A DNA stretch of 64,000 nucleotides, from NCBI GenBank assembly GCA_963828735.1, contig CAWHFW010000005.1:288001-352000 (forward strand), written 5' to 3'. Each line of letters opens with the position of its first letter. Position 1 is the first letter of the stretch. The stretch comes from an uncultured Gemmatimonadales bacterium (GTDB lineage Bacteria; Gemmatimonadota; Gemmatimonadetes; Gemmatimonadales; GWC2-71-9). Below, piece by piece: positions 45,018 to 55,170 of the stretch. The position numbers were made by a program, and so were the translations under genes. The notes under the pieces were generated by a model that saw nothing but the letters and a program-made list of their open reading frames with translations, was not told the origin of the DNA and made no database searches.

Positions 45018-46433
45018 TCAGTGAAGGCCGCTGCCGCCCGACAACTGCTTCACCAGCTCACCGATGACGTTCTTGGCGTCGCCGAACAGCATCCAGGTCT
45101 TGTCCGAGAAGTAGAGCTCGTTGTCGATGCCGGCGAAACCCGGGGTTCTTGCTGCGCTTGATCGCGAAGACGGTGCGCGCCTTGATCGGCGTCGATGATC
45201 GGCATGCCGTAGATCGGGCTGGTCTTGTCGGTGCGTGCCGCGGGATTGACGACGTCGTTCGCGCCGACGACGAGCGCGACGTCGCACTGCGGCATGTCGG
45301 GATTGATCTCGTCCATCTCGACCAGGTCGGTGTACGGGATGTCGGCCTCCGCGAGGAGGACGTTCATGTGGCCCGGCATGCGGCCCGCCACGGGATGGAT
45401 CGCGAACTTGACGGTGATCCCGCGCTTCTTCAGCTGATCGTACAGCTCGCGGACCTTGTGCTGGGCCTGGGCGACGGCCATGCCGTAGCCGGGGATGATC
45501 ACGACCAGGTTCGCCTGCTCGAGCACCTGCGCCGCGCCCTCGATGGTCTCCGCCTTGTACGACCTTTTCCTCGCCGCCGGCCTTGACCTGCTGCACCTGG
45601 CCGAACGCGCCGAACAGCACGTTGGTGAACGACCGGTTCATCGCCTTGCACATGATGATCGGAGAGGATGAGGCCGCTCGAGCCGTCGAGCGCGCCGGCG
45701 GTGATCAGGAGCTTGTTGTCGAGCACGAAGCCCATCGCGACGGCGGAGAGCCCGGCGTAGGAGTTGAGGATCGCGATCACGGTCGGCATGTCGGCGCCGC
45801 CGATCGGGATGATCAGCAGCACGCCGAACAGGAGCGCGAGGACGATGATGACCGGAAACACGAAGGGCGCCCAGGACGCCGTCGGATCGATCACCAGCGG
45901 CAGCACCGGCAGCCGCGGCCACGGCGAGCAGCGCCAGGTTGATGACGTTCTGCACGGGATAGGTGACCGGCCGCTGCGGGATCAACTTCACTTCCTGCAG
46001 CTTGCCGGCGGCCATGAGGCTCCCGGTGAAGGTCAGGAAGCCGAGGATGATCTCCACGACGATCGCGATCATGCGGAAGGCCGTGAGATTCTCCGGACCC
46101 TCCCCGAGCCACAGGTAGTACTTGGCGGTGCCGACCAGCCCGGCCGCGAGGCCACCGAAGGCATGCGACAGGGCGGTCCGCTGCGGGACGGCCGTGAGCG
46201 GCACCGCGACAGCGGCACCCCGACGAGGATGCCGGCGACCAGGGCCACCACGATCCAGCCGTGATGGACGATCTCGGGCTCGGCCCAGGTTGCGAGGACG
46301 GCGATCATCATGCCCGCCACGCCGGCGTAGACGCCGTTCGCGCGCGGTGGCCGGCATCGTTCATCCAGTGCAGCGCGAAGATGAAGAGCGCCGTCGCGAT
46401 GAGGTAGGCGAGCTGGACGAGGGCGTGGGTCAT
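45018..46433 (-). pseudogene. pntB: NAD(P) transhydrogenase beta subunit, multiply frameshifted (pseudogene or sequencing error)
   Basis: PntB motifs split across frames: [75 protein letters not shown]. Confidence 0.85.
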
Positions 46434-47899
46434 GAGTGGCCGCTCCCGCTCGCGCCCGGCTTGCTGTCGGTCTTGAACATCTTGAGCATGCGGTCGGTGA
46501 TCAGGAACCCGCTCACGATGTTCGTCATCGAGGCGAACAGCGCGATGGCGCCCAGGATCCGGATCGGCAGGGGGTAGTCAGCGCCGGTCACGATGATCGA
46601 GCCGACGACCGCGATCGCGGAGATCGCGTTGGTGAGCGACATGAGCGGCGTGTGCAGCAGCCGGGAGACGCGGCGGATCACGCCCAGGCCGATGAACGTC
46701 GCCAGCACGAACACGAAGAGCTGGCCCCAGAAGTCCGTCGTCGGGGTCGATGCCCCCTCCTTGGCGAGCGCGTCACGGGTGCGCGCGTGCCGAACCTCGC
46801 CCGCGTGCGTGATCAAGGCGCCCTGCTGGATGTCGTCGTTGAGGTCGAGCTGGAACGCGCCGTCCTTGGTGAAGGCCAGCAGGAAGGCGGTGAGGTTGCG
46901 CGAAAAGAGCAGGCTCGCGTGCAGCGGCATCGAAGCCGGCAGGTTGAGCGGCGCCATCACGGTGACGCCGCCGACCGCCACGGTTTCTCCGGGCCGCGAC
47001 AGCTCGCAGTTGCCGCCGCCATCGGCGCCGAGGTCCACGATCACGGCGCCCGGCCGCATGGCGCGGACCATGTCACCGGTGATCAGCTTCGGCGCGAACA
47101 CGCCGCCGATGAGCGCGGTGGTGACCACGACGTCGGACTGGGCGACCTGGGCCGCGAGGATCTCGCGCTGTCGGGCCTTGTCCTCATCGGACAGCTCCTT
47201 GGCATACCCGCCGCCGGCAGCGGCGCTTTCCGTGAGCTCGATGCCGACGTACTTGCCGCCGACGCTTTCGATCTGCTCCTTCACCTCGGGCCGCACGTCG
47301 GTGGCCGTCACGTTGGCGCCGAGACGCTTCGCGGTGGCGATCGCCTGCAGGCCGGCGACCCCCGCGCCGATGACGAACACTTTGGCCGGCGGCACCATGC
47401 CGGCGGCGGTCATGAACATCGGGAAGTACTTGTTGAGCTCGGCCGCGGCGAGGAGGACGCCCTTGTAGCCGCTGATGTTGGCCATGGACGACAGGGTGTC
47501 CATGCTCTGGGCGCGGGTGGTGCGCGGGATCGCATCGGTCGCGAAGGCGGTGACCTGCCGCTCGGCCAACGCGCGAGTCGCCCGCAGGTGCCGGAGCGGC
47601 ATGAGCGAGCCCAGGTAGACGGCGTTGGGCCGCATCCAGGCGACCTCGTCCCGGCCGCCGTCGACCGCCGGCGGCCCGACCCTGAGCACCACGTCGGCGG
47701 CGCCGAGGAGGCCCGCGGGGTCGGACTCGATGGCGACGCCGACGTCGCGGTACGCCACGTCGGGATAGCCGGCGGCTTCGCCCGCGCCCGACTCGGCGGC
47801 GATATCGTAGCCCGCCTGCTTGAGCTTCTTGGCCGACTCGGGCACTAGCGCGACGCGCCGCTCGCCCGGGGCGGTTTCTTTGGGTACGGCGATGCGCAT
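46430..47899 (-). CDS. pntA: NAD(P) transhydrogenase alpha subunit (alpha1 and alpha2 read as fused)
   Basis: ERRVAL, IPRTTRAQSMD, GAGVAGLQA, GGYAKE, LHTPLMSLTNAIS, GFLITDRML. Confidence 0.93.
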   Translation of the reverse strand: MRIAVPKETAPGERRVALVPESAKKLKQAGYDIAAESGAGEAAGYPDVAYRDVGVAIESDPAGLLGAADVVLRVGPPAVDGGRDEVAWMRPNAVYLGSLMPLRHLRATRALAERQVTAFATDAIPRTTRAQSMDTLSSMANISGYKGVLLAAAELNKYFPMFMTAAGMVPPAKVFVIGAGVAGLQAIATAKRLGANVTATDVRPEVKEQIESVGGKYVGIELTESAAAGGGYAKELSDEDKARQREILAAQVAQSDVVVTTALIGGVFAPKLITGDMVRAMRPGAVIVDLGADGGGNCELSRPGETVAVGGVTVMAPLNLPASMPLHASLLFSRNLTAFLLAFTKDGAFQLDLNDDIQQGALITHAGEVRHARTRDALAKEGASTPTTDFWGQLFVFVLATFIGLGVIRRVSRLLHTPLMSLTNAISAIAVVGSIIVTGADYPLPIRILGAIALFASMTNIVSGFLITDRMLKMFKTDSKPGASGSGHS

Positions 47900-47994
47900 C
47901 GGAGCTCCGCTTCGAGGTAGGGCCGTCTAATGATACCCGCGAATAAGGAAGCGGCCAGTGAGATCGGCCGGGCGATCGGGCGATCGCCCGGCCG

Positions 47995-49818
47995 TCACAG
48001 CTTGATCTTCGGCAGCTTGATCCCGGGCGCGAGCCCTCCCGTGAGGCGCTTGAGCTCGGCCTGCAGGTCCGCCTCGGCCTTGTCGAGCTGCTGCTGTTGG
48101 TCGGCGACCTGCTTGCTCGCCTCGGCCTGGAGGACCGCGATGCGCTGCTTCACCGGCTCGACCTTGGCGTTCACGAGACTGTCCACCTTCGCCCGCGCCA
48201 TCGCCTCGGCCTTGGCCACCTCTTCGCCGACCACCGCCTTGAGGCGTTGCGCGATGGCGTCGTCCAGGTTGCTCCGCACGGACAGCTTCGGCGCCTTCAC
48301 CGTCCCGGCGAGCTGCGCCGTCACGTCGAGCTGTTTGAGCCCCGACAGGACGCGCCAGACGACCTGCTCCAGGTCGCTCCGCGTGCCGGTGCTGTTCAGC
48401 GCCCAGGCGACCCGATCCGACCCGATCGACCAGTGGCCCGCCAACCGGTCGCCGCGAAGCAGGAAGGTGAGCGCGGCGTCGCCGGTGCCCGGCGCGATTC
48501 GGAAGGGGAGGCCGGGAATGTCGAACGACGGCAACTCCACCCCGCGGAGCCTGGCCGCCACGGAGTCGCGCACGGCGGCGCTCCGATGGTCCACGATCGC
48601 GCCGACGTCGAGTCCGGCGATGACCGAACCCGGAGCGTCGCGCTTGGCACTCACCACCATCGGCTTGCCATAGAGCGACGGGGCCGAGGTCAGCCCCTGC
48701 ACCGTGGCCGCGTAGGCGCCCTTGAGCAATCCCCCACCGATCGTGAAATCCAGCTGTCCCAGCTGCAGCAGGAACGACGGCCAGGTGCGCTCCTTGGGAA
48801 AGCCGACCGTGGTGCCCGACGCGCGCAGGCGCTGGGGACCAGGGTCCTGGCGTGGCAGGAGCCCGGGCGGCATGTAGTGGCGCGCCAGCTCGGCCCAGTA
48901 GAGCGCCTGCTGAAACCGCTCGATGCTGACCTTGCCGAAGAACGCATTGCCGATGTCCGGTGCCGAAAAGGTGGGAAGCTTGAGCAGCGACCTCGCGAAC
49001 GCGTAGTCCCGCTTCCGCGCCTCGTCCAGGCTCTCCACGCCCGAGCCGAGGAGTCGCAAACCGTCCTTCACGTTTCGCTCGAGCCCCGTCACCTGCCGCT
49101 TGGCCTGATCGAGCTGGTCGAGCGTCTGCTGGACCGACTCGATGGCCCGGCGGGTTCCGTCCAATCCGAGCGTCTTGGGATCGGTGGCGGCAAGCCGGTC
49201 GGCGAGAGCGCGCGCCGAGTCCACTGTGCCCTGCACGTCGAGCGCCTTGAACCCCGTCTCGAGCGCCTGCCGGGTCGAGTCGGTGCGCGCGAGCAGCCCC
49301 TGCGCCTCCTGCACGGTGCTGAGCTGCGTGGGGTTGAGCACGAGGGACTTGATGGTATCGACGGGCGTGAGCTGCAGGATCGGCACGTCGAACTGCTCGC
49401 TCCACTGCCGCACGGCGCGCAATGCCTGCGGCGCGAAGCCGCCGCCCTTTACCGGCCGGGCAGGCCGCTTCCGCGGCGTGCCGAAGCGCATACCCTGCAG
49501 CGCCAGCCGCTCGACCACGAGCTTCTTCTCGGCCAGGGCCTCGGGGTTGAGCTTGAGCAGGATGCGGTCGGCCTCGATCAGGTTGCGCCGGGGCTCGAAC
49601 GGGTCTGCCACCTGGAGCGCCCCCAGGTCTACCGAGGCCTGCCTGGGCAACAGGTCGAGGCGGCCGACGTCGACCTCCGTGCCGAGGAGCTCGGTGCCCG
49701 CCTCCTCGGTGGTCTGGCGCGCCACCGGCTCGGCGAAGAGCCACACCAGGATCGCGAGCACGACCAGGAAGAGCAGCAGCGGACCGATCGCCTTCCAGCG
49801 GATGATCTTCACGCCCAT
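47995..49818 (-). CDS. TIGR03545 family protein
   Basis: IRWK N-terminus with a single TM anchor; beta-rich and coiled-coil body; VRSNLD near the C-terminus; directly follows the TIGR03546 gene. Confidence 0.75.
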   Translation of the reverse strand: MGVKIIRWKAIGPLLLFLVVLAILVWLFAEPVARQTTEEAGTELLGTEVDVGRLDLLPRQASVDLGALQVADPFEPRRNLIEADRILLKLNPEALAEKKLVVERLALQGMRFGTPRKRPARPVKGGGFAPQALRAVRQWSEQFDVPILQLTPVDTIKSLVLNPTQLSTVQEAQGLLARTDSTRQALETGFKALDVQGTVDSARALADRLAATDPKTLGLDGTRRAIESVQQTLDQLDQAKRQVTGLERNVKDGLRLLGSGVESLDEARKRDYAFARSLLKLPTFSAPDIGNAFFGKVSIERFQQALYWAELARHYMPPGLLPRQDPGPQRLRASGTTVGFPKERTWPSFLLQLGQLDFTIGGGLLKGAYAATVQGLTSAPSLYGKPMVVSAKRDAPGSVIAGLDVGAIVDHRSAAVRDSVAARLRGVELPSFDIPGLPFRIAPGTGDAALTFLLRGDRLAGHWSIGSDRVAWALNSTGTRSDLEQVVWRVLSGLKQLDVTAQLAGTVKAPKLSVRSNLDDAIAQRLKAVVGEEVAKAEAMARAKVDSLVNAKVEPVKQRIAVLQAEASKQVADQQQQLDKAEADLQAELKRLTGGLAPGIKLPKIKL

Positions 49819-49820
49819 GC

Positions 49821-50339
49821 TCAGCTCGGCCTGAACAGGCGGTACCAGTTGTACGCCTGCGACGCGGTGACGGCCTGGTAGAGCTTCGACCGCCGCACGC
49901 GCTCGCCGATCGTGGCGCGGTATCGGGCTACGCCATACCGTGCGGCGAAGAAGATCGGGACGGCGAGCACGAGCCACGCCACGACGCTGCCCAGGACGAC
50001 CGTGTTGTTGAAATTCGTGTAGGGCACGAGCGGCGTGTTGTACCAGGAGGTCCAGAGCGGGCGCAGCGACGGAGCGCCCAACAGGCCGGCCCCGATGCGG
50101 TCGAACACGGGATCGAGGAGGAATCCGAACGGCACGAACAGCGCCCACCCCAGCATTCCGCCGCCGAACGACACGTTGAGCAGCACGATCAGCGAAAACA
50201 CGATGAGGTTGTGGACGTTGATCAGCGGCGTGAGGCCGAGCGCCGAGCCGAGCGCGATGCCCACGGCCACCTGCCCCGGCGTGCCGTCCGAGTGCAGCGT
50301 CTTGATGATCGACTGGATCAGCTTGAGCAGAGTGAACAT
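49821..50339 (-). CDS. TIGR03546 family membrane protein
   Basis: LHSDGTPGQVAVG, DPVFDRIG, YTNFNNTVVLGS. Confidence 0.8.
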   Translation of the reverse strand: MFTLLKLIQSIIKTLHSDGTPGQVAVGIALGSALGLTPLINVHNLIVFSLIVLLNVSFGGGMLGWALFVPFGFLLDPVFDRIGAGLLGAPSLRPLWTSWYNTPLVPYTNFNNTVVLGSVVAWLVLAVPIFFAARYGVARYRATIGERVRRSKLYQAVTASQAYNWYRLFRPS

Positions 50340-50360
50340 CCAGGGTATCCTCTACGACTT

Positions 50361-52877
50361 ATGCCACGTTCCCGCCGAGCGCCACACGTGCACAAGTTCG
50401 GCGGTGCGTCGCTGGCCGATTCCGCCGCCGTTCGCCACGCCGTCGACATCATCCGCCGCCACGCCCAGGAGCCCACCGTCGTGGTCGTCTCGGCGATGGC
50501 GGGCACCACCGACGCGCTGCTCGATGTGGCCCAGCAGGCCGGAGCCGGCGAGTCGCGCACCGTCGCGTCGCTCATCGCGCGGCTGCGGTCGCGGCACGCC
50601 GAGGTCGCCCGCGCGATCCTGCCGTCGGGGCGGGGTCGCGCGGACGTGCTGCAGTACATCGGCGACGTGTTCGAGGAGCTCGAGGCCCTCGCGCAGGGCC
50701 TGCGCCTGCTGCGCGAGGTCACACCGAGAACAACCGACTACCTCGCGTCGCGAGGCGAGCGGTTGAGCGCTCGCCTCGTCGCAGCCGCCCTCGAGGCGAC
50801 GGGGACGAAGGCAAAGTACGTCGATGCCCTCGACCTCGTCCACACCGACGGCGCGTTCGGACAAGCCGCCCCGGATTTCGCCCGTACCGACCGCAGCGTC
50901 CAGCGCACGCTCGCGCCGTTGCTCGCGCGCGGGATCGTTCCGATCGTGCCCGGGTTCATCGGATCCGCCCCGAACGGCGAGGTGGCCACGCTGGGGCGTG
51001 GCGGCTCGGACCTCACGGCGACGCTGCTCGCCCGCGGGCTGGCCGCCGGCCGCGTCTCCCTCTGGAAGGACGTCCCCGGGCTCCTCACCGCCGATCCGCG
51101 CGTCGTCCCCGATGCCCGCGTAATACCGCAGCTCCACGCCCGCGAGGCCGCGGAGCTCGCCTACTATGGCGCCAAGGTTCTTCACCCCCGCGCATTGATC
51201 CCGGTCACCGGACGACGCATCCCCGTCTACGTCCGTCCGTTCGCCGATCCGAGCGCGGGCGGCACCGAGGTCTCCGAGCGGGTGTCCCCCGCGCGCTTTC
51301 CCGTCAAGGCGCTCACGGCGGCGGGCGGCCAGGCCCTGGTGACGGTGACGGGCAACGGCATGCTCGGCGTTCCCGGGATCGCGGCGCGCACCTTCCACGC
51401 CCTGCACGAGCGCCAGATCTCGGTCTCCCTCATCTCGCAGGCGAGCTCCGAGCACTCGATCTGCTTCAGCGTTCCCGAGGCGCTCGCGAACGACGCGCAG
51501 GAGAGCCTCACCCGCGAGTTCGGCGGAGAGATCGCGCGGGGCGAGATCGATGGGGTCGAGCTCACGCCGTCGATGGCGACGGTCGCGGTGGTGGGGCTGG
51601 GGATGCACGGCACGCCCGGCGTCGCCGCGGCGGTCTTCGGCGCGCTCGCGGCGGCGAAGATCAACGTGGTGGCCATCGCTCAGGGCAGCTCGGAGCTCAA
51701 CATCTCGGTGGTGGTCGAGGCCCGGCACGCCGCCGAGGCACAGCGCAGGATCCACGGTGCGTTTCAGCTCTCACGGATCGCCGGCGGGGGCGTGATCCGG
51801 CCCGAGCGCATGGAGGTCGTGCTGCTCGGCTTCGGCCAGATCGGCCGGAGCCTGGCCGCGATGATCGGGCAGGTCCGCCGGCCCGCGCTCGATCTCAAGG
51901 TCGCGGCCGTGATCGATCGTTCCGGCTTCGTGTTCGACCCGCAGGGCCTTGGCCCGCGGCGCCTGGCCGCCCTCGCCGCGGACAAACGGAAGGGCGTCCG
52001 CCTCGCTCGGGCGCCGCGCGGGCGACCGGGCACGGCGGAGGAGGCGATCCGGCATATCGCCGGATACGCGCTCACCCGCCCGGTGCTCGTGGATCTGACG
52101 GCCGACGAGACAGCGCCCGCGCTGGAGCAGGGCCTCGAGCACGGCATGGACCTCGTCCTCGCCAACAAGCGCCCGCTCGCGGGGCGGCGCTCGGTGAGCG
52201 AGTCTCTGTGGCAGACCGCGCGGGCGCGCGGACGCCGGGTCCAGCACGAGGCGACCGTGGGCGCCGGCCTCCCGATCATCGACACGTACCACAAGCTGAT
52301 CGAGAGCGGCGACCGCGTGGAGCGCATCGAGGGCCTGCTTTCGGGCACGCTCGGCTTCGTCCTGACGGAAGTGTCGGCGGGCGCGACATTCTCCGACGCC
52401 GTGCGCGCCGCGATGAGCCGCGGCTATACCGAGCCGGATCCGCGCGAGGACCTGTCGGGCATGGACGTGGGCCGGAAGGCGCTGATCCTGGCGCGGCTCC
52501 TCGGCTATCAAGGCGAGCTGTCACGCGCGGCGGTCGAGTCGCTGGTGCCCAAGTGGGCGCGCGGCATTCCGCTCGTGGACTTTCTCGAGCGGCTCGACGA
52601 GGTGGACGCCGCCTGGCGCCGCCGGACGGCCGTCGCGGCGCGGAGCGGAGTCGTCCTCCGCTACGTGGCCACCGTCACGCCGTCGAGGATCGCGGTCGGC
52701 CTGCGCGAAGTGCCGACCTCGAGTCCGCTCGCGGCGATCAAGGGCTCGGACAACCAGCTCGTGTTCACCACGGCGCGCTACAAGGCCAACCCGCTCGTCA
52801 TCACCGGTCCCGGCGCGGGAGCGGAGGTCACGGCGGCGGGCGTGCTGAACGACATCCTGCGGTTGGCTGGACGATGA
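50361..52877 (+). CDS. thrA: Bifunctional aspartokinase / homoserine dehydrogenase
   Basis: KFGGAS, VVVSAM, LGRGGSD, two ACT domains, GFGQIG, ANKR, EATVGAGLP, EPDPRED, GPGAG. Confidence 0.95.
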   Translation: MPRSRRAPHVHKFGGASLADSAAVRHAVDIIRRHAQEPTVVVVSAMAGTTDALLDVAQQAGAGESRTVASLIARLRSRHAEVARAILPSGRGRADVLQYIGDVFEELEALAQGLRLLREVTPRTTDYLASRGERLSARLVAAALEATGTKAKYVDALDLVHTDGAFGQAAPDFARTDRSVQRTLAPLLARGIVPIVPGFIGSAPNGEVATLGRGGSDLTATLLARGLAAGRVSLWKDVPGLLTADPRVVPDARVIPQLHAREAAELAYYGAKVLHPRALIPVTGRRIPVYVRPFADPSAGGTEVSERVSPARFPVKALTAAGGQALVTVTGNGMLGVPGIAARTFHALHERQISVSLISQASSEHSICFSVPEALANDAQESLTREFGGEIARGEIDGVELTPSMATVAVVGLGMHGTPGVAAAVFGALAAAKINVVAIAQGSSELNISVVVEARHAAEAQRRIHGAFQLSRIAGGGVIRPERMEVVLLGFGQIGRSLAAMIGQVRRPALDLKVAAVIDRSGFVFDPQGLGPRRLAALAADKRKGVRLARAPRGRPGTAEEAIRHIAGYALTRPVLVDLTADETAPALEQGLEHGMDLVLANKRPLAGRRSVSESLWQTARARGRRVQHEATVGAGLPIIDTYHKLIESGDRVERIEGLLSGTLGFVLTEVSAGATFSDAVRAAMSRGYTEPDPREDLSGMDVGRKALILARLLGYQGELSRAAVESLVPKWARGIPLVDFLERLDEVDAAWRRRTAVAARSGVVLRYVATVTPSRIAVGLREVPTSSPLAAIKGSDNQLVFTTARYKANPLVITGPGAGAEVTAAGVLNDILRLAGR

Positions 52878-53830
52878 GGGCGTCGGGACCGGTCACCGCG
52901 TTCGCGCCCGGCGGCGTCGGCAATCTCGGCCCGGGGCTCGACGTCCTGGGGCTCGCCGTGGACGGCGCCGGCGACGAGGTGCGCGCCGAGTGGACGCGAG
53001 CGTCGGGCATCCAGGTGCTCGAGCCCGGGCACCCCACCCTTCCCCGAGATCCTGCCCGTCACACCTCGGCGCTCGCCGCCCGCGCGGTACTCGACGCCGT
53101 GAACGAGTCACTCGCGGGAGGCCGCGGCATCGCGCTCACGGTCAGGAAGGGGCTCCCGCTCTCGGGCGGCCAGGGCGGCAGCGCCGCCTCGGCCGTGGCG
53201 GGGGCGGTCGCGACGAACGCGTTGCTCGGCGCGCCACTCGACCGTGCCGGGCTCCTGGCCGCGTGCCTCGTCGCGGAGGAAACCGTCTCGGGTCGCCACC
53301 TGGACAACATCGCGCCGTCGTTGCTCGGCGGCATCGTGCTGATCCGCTGCATGGAGACCCCGGACATCGTACAGCTTCCCGTGCCGGACGAGCTCACGGT
53401 GGTCCTGGTGCGGCCCGAACAGCAAATGCGGACCGCCGACGCGCGTGCCGTGCTGCCCGCCGAGGTCTCGCGCGACATTGCCGTCTATCAGGCCGCCCAA
53501 GTGGGCGCGATGGTGGCGGCGCTCGCCAGCTCGGACTACGAGTTGCTCGGCCGCGCGATCGATGATCGCATCGCGGAGCCCGCGCGCGCCCGGCTGCTGC
53601 CCGGCTTCATGGAGGCGAAGGCCGCGGCGCTCGCGGCGGGCGCGCTCGGGAGCTCGATTTCCGGCAGCGGGCCCACGGCCTTCGCGCTCACGCGGGGGGT
53701 TGCCGTCGGGGAGCGAGTGGCCACGGCCATGATCGCGGCGTACGCATCGAAGGGACAGCCGGCGGCGGCCCGGGTAGCGCCCGTCGACCGGGTCGGGGCA
53801 CGGCTGATCGAGGTGACCGGAGGTACGTAA
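52874..53830 (+). CDS. thrB: Homoserine kinase
   Basis: NLGPGLDVLG, PLSGGQGGSAAS (GHMP), HLDNIAP, ISGSGP. Confidence 0.93.
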   Translation: MRASGPVTAFAPGGVGNLGPGLDVLGLAVDGAGDEVRAEWTRASGIQVLEPGHPTLPRDPARHTSALAARAVLDAVNESLAGGRGIALTVRKGLPLSGGQGGSAASAVAGAVATNALLGAPLDRAGLLAACLVAEETVSGRHLDNIAPSLLGGIVLIRCMETPDIVQLPVPDELTVVLVRPEQQMRTADARAVLPAEVSRDIAVYQAAQVGAMVAALASSDYELLGRAIDDRIAEPARARLLPGFMEAKAAALAAGALGSSISGSGPTAFALTRGVAVGERVATAMIAAYASKGQPAAARVAPVDRVGARLIEVTGGT

Positions 53831-55123
53831 ATGCGATTCCAGACGGCGCGGCCGGACAGCTGGCAGGTATGCATCGCCTGCGGCAACGAAACGACCGAGC
53901 TCGATCCCCATCCCCGCTGCGTCTCGTGCGGCGGGCTGCTCGAGATCCAGCACCGCCCACCCACGCTGACACCCGCCGAGCTGATCGAGCGCTTCACCGA
54001 GCGACGCGGGCAGCGTCCGGGGGCGCTGGCATCGGGTGTGTGGCGGTTCCGCGAAATCGTGCTTCCCTCGGCGAAGGACGTGATCTCCCATCCCGAAGGC
54101 AACACGCCGCTGCTCCACCGGGACGTCATCGACCGCTGGACCGGCACCGACCGCCTGCTGCTGAAGCACGAGGGGCACAACCCGACGGGCTCGTTCAAGG
54201 ACCGTGGGATGACGGTCGGCGTGACGCAGGCGCGTCGCATCGGGGCCACGGCCGTCGCCTGCGCCTCGACCGGCAACACGTCGGCGTCCCTGGCGGCCTA
54301 TGCGGCGCAGGCGGCCATCCCCGCGCTGGTCCTCGTCCCGGCCGGGCAGGTGGCCATGGGCAAGCTCGCGCAGACGCTCGCCTACGGCGCCAAGACGCTG
54401 CTGGTCCGCGGGGACTTCGACGAGTGCCTGCGACTGATCGAGGAGGCAAGCCAGCGCCTCGGCGTGTATCTCCTCAACTCGATCAACCCGTTCCGCATCG
54501 AAGGCCAGAAGACGATCGTGCTGGAGATGCTCCAGCAACTGGGCTGGCAGCCGCCCGACTGGATCGTGCTCCCCGCGGGCAACCTCGGCAACACGGCGGC
54601 GTTCGGGAAGGCGCTGCTCGAGGCCTACCGGTGGGGACTCATCCCCCGCCTCCCACGCTTGGCCGCGGTGCAGGCGGCCGGCGCCGCGCCGTTCGCGCGC
54701 AGCTTCGCGGAGGAGTTCGAGCACCGCTACGCGGTGCGCGCCGAGACCGTCGCGACGGCCATCCGGATCGGCAACCCGGCGTCGTTCGAGCGCGCCGTAC
54801 ACGCGATCCGGGAGACGGACGGCGTCGTTCTCGCCGTGACCGACGCGGACATCCTGGAAGCGAAGGCGGTGGTGGACGGCTCGGGCGTGGGATGCGAGCC
54901 CGCGAGCGCGGCGAGTGTGGCAGGGGTTCGGGACCTGATCCGACGCGGACTGATGGCGCCCGAGCACCACGCCGTGGCCGTGCTCACGGGCCATATCCTC
55001 AAGGACCCCGGCCTGCTGCTCGAGTACCACCGTGAGATGGACCCGCCGCCGCCCGGCGCGAACCGTCCCATCGAGATCGCGCCGGAGCTCGAGGCCATCG
55101 AGCGCGTGCTCGCAGGCGGGTGA
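53831..55123 (+). CDS. thrC: Threonine synthase
   Basis: EGNTP, NPTGSFKDRG, CASTGNT, NSINP, PAGNLGN, EPASA. Confidence 0.95.
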   Translation: MRFQTARPDSWQVCIACGNETTELDPHPRCVSCGGLLEIQHRPPTLTPAELIERFTERRGQRPGALASGVWRFREIVLPSAKDVISHPEGNTPLLHRDVIDRWTGTDRLLLKHEGHNPTGSFKDRGMTVGVTQARRIGATAVACASTGNTSASLAAYAAQAAIPALVLVPAGQVAMGKLAQTLAYGAKTLLVRGDFDECLRLIEEASQRLGVYLLNSINPFRIEGQKTIVLEMLQQLGWQPPDWIVLPAGNLGNTAAFGKALLEAYRWGLIPRLPRLAAVQAAGAAPFARSFAEEFEHRYAVRAETVATAIRIGNPASFERAVHAIRETDGVVLAVTDADILEAKAVVDGSGVGCEPASAASVAGVRDLIRRGLMAPEHHAVAVLTGHILKDPGLLLEYHREMDPPPPGANRPIEIAPELEAIERVLAGG

Positions 55124-55170
55124 CCCGGCGGAGGGCGCGCCCGCCGCGGGGGTGCCTCGAGGTCGCCCTC

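Noticed and set aside
45018..46433. Programmed frameshifting or RNA editing of pntB
   Set aside because: Too many shifts in both directions, with no slippery sequences or consistent sequence context.
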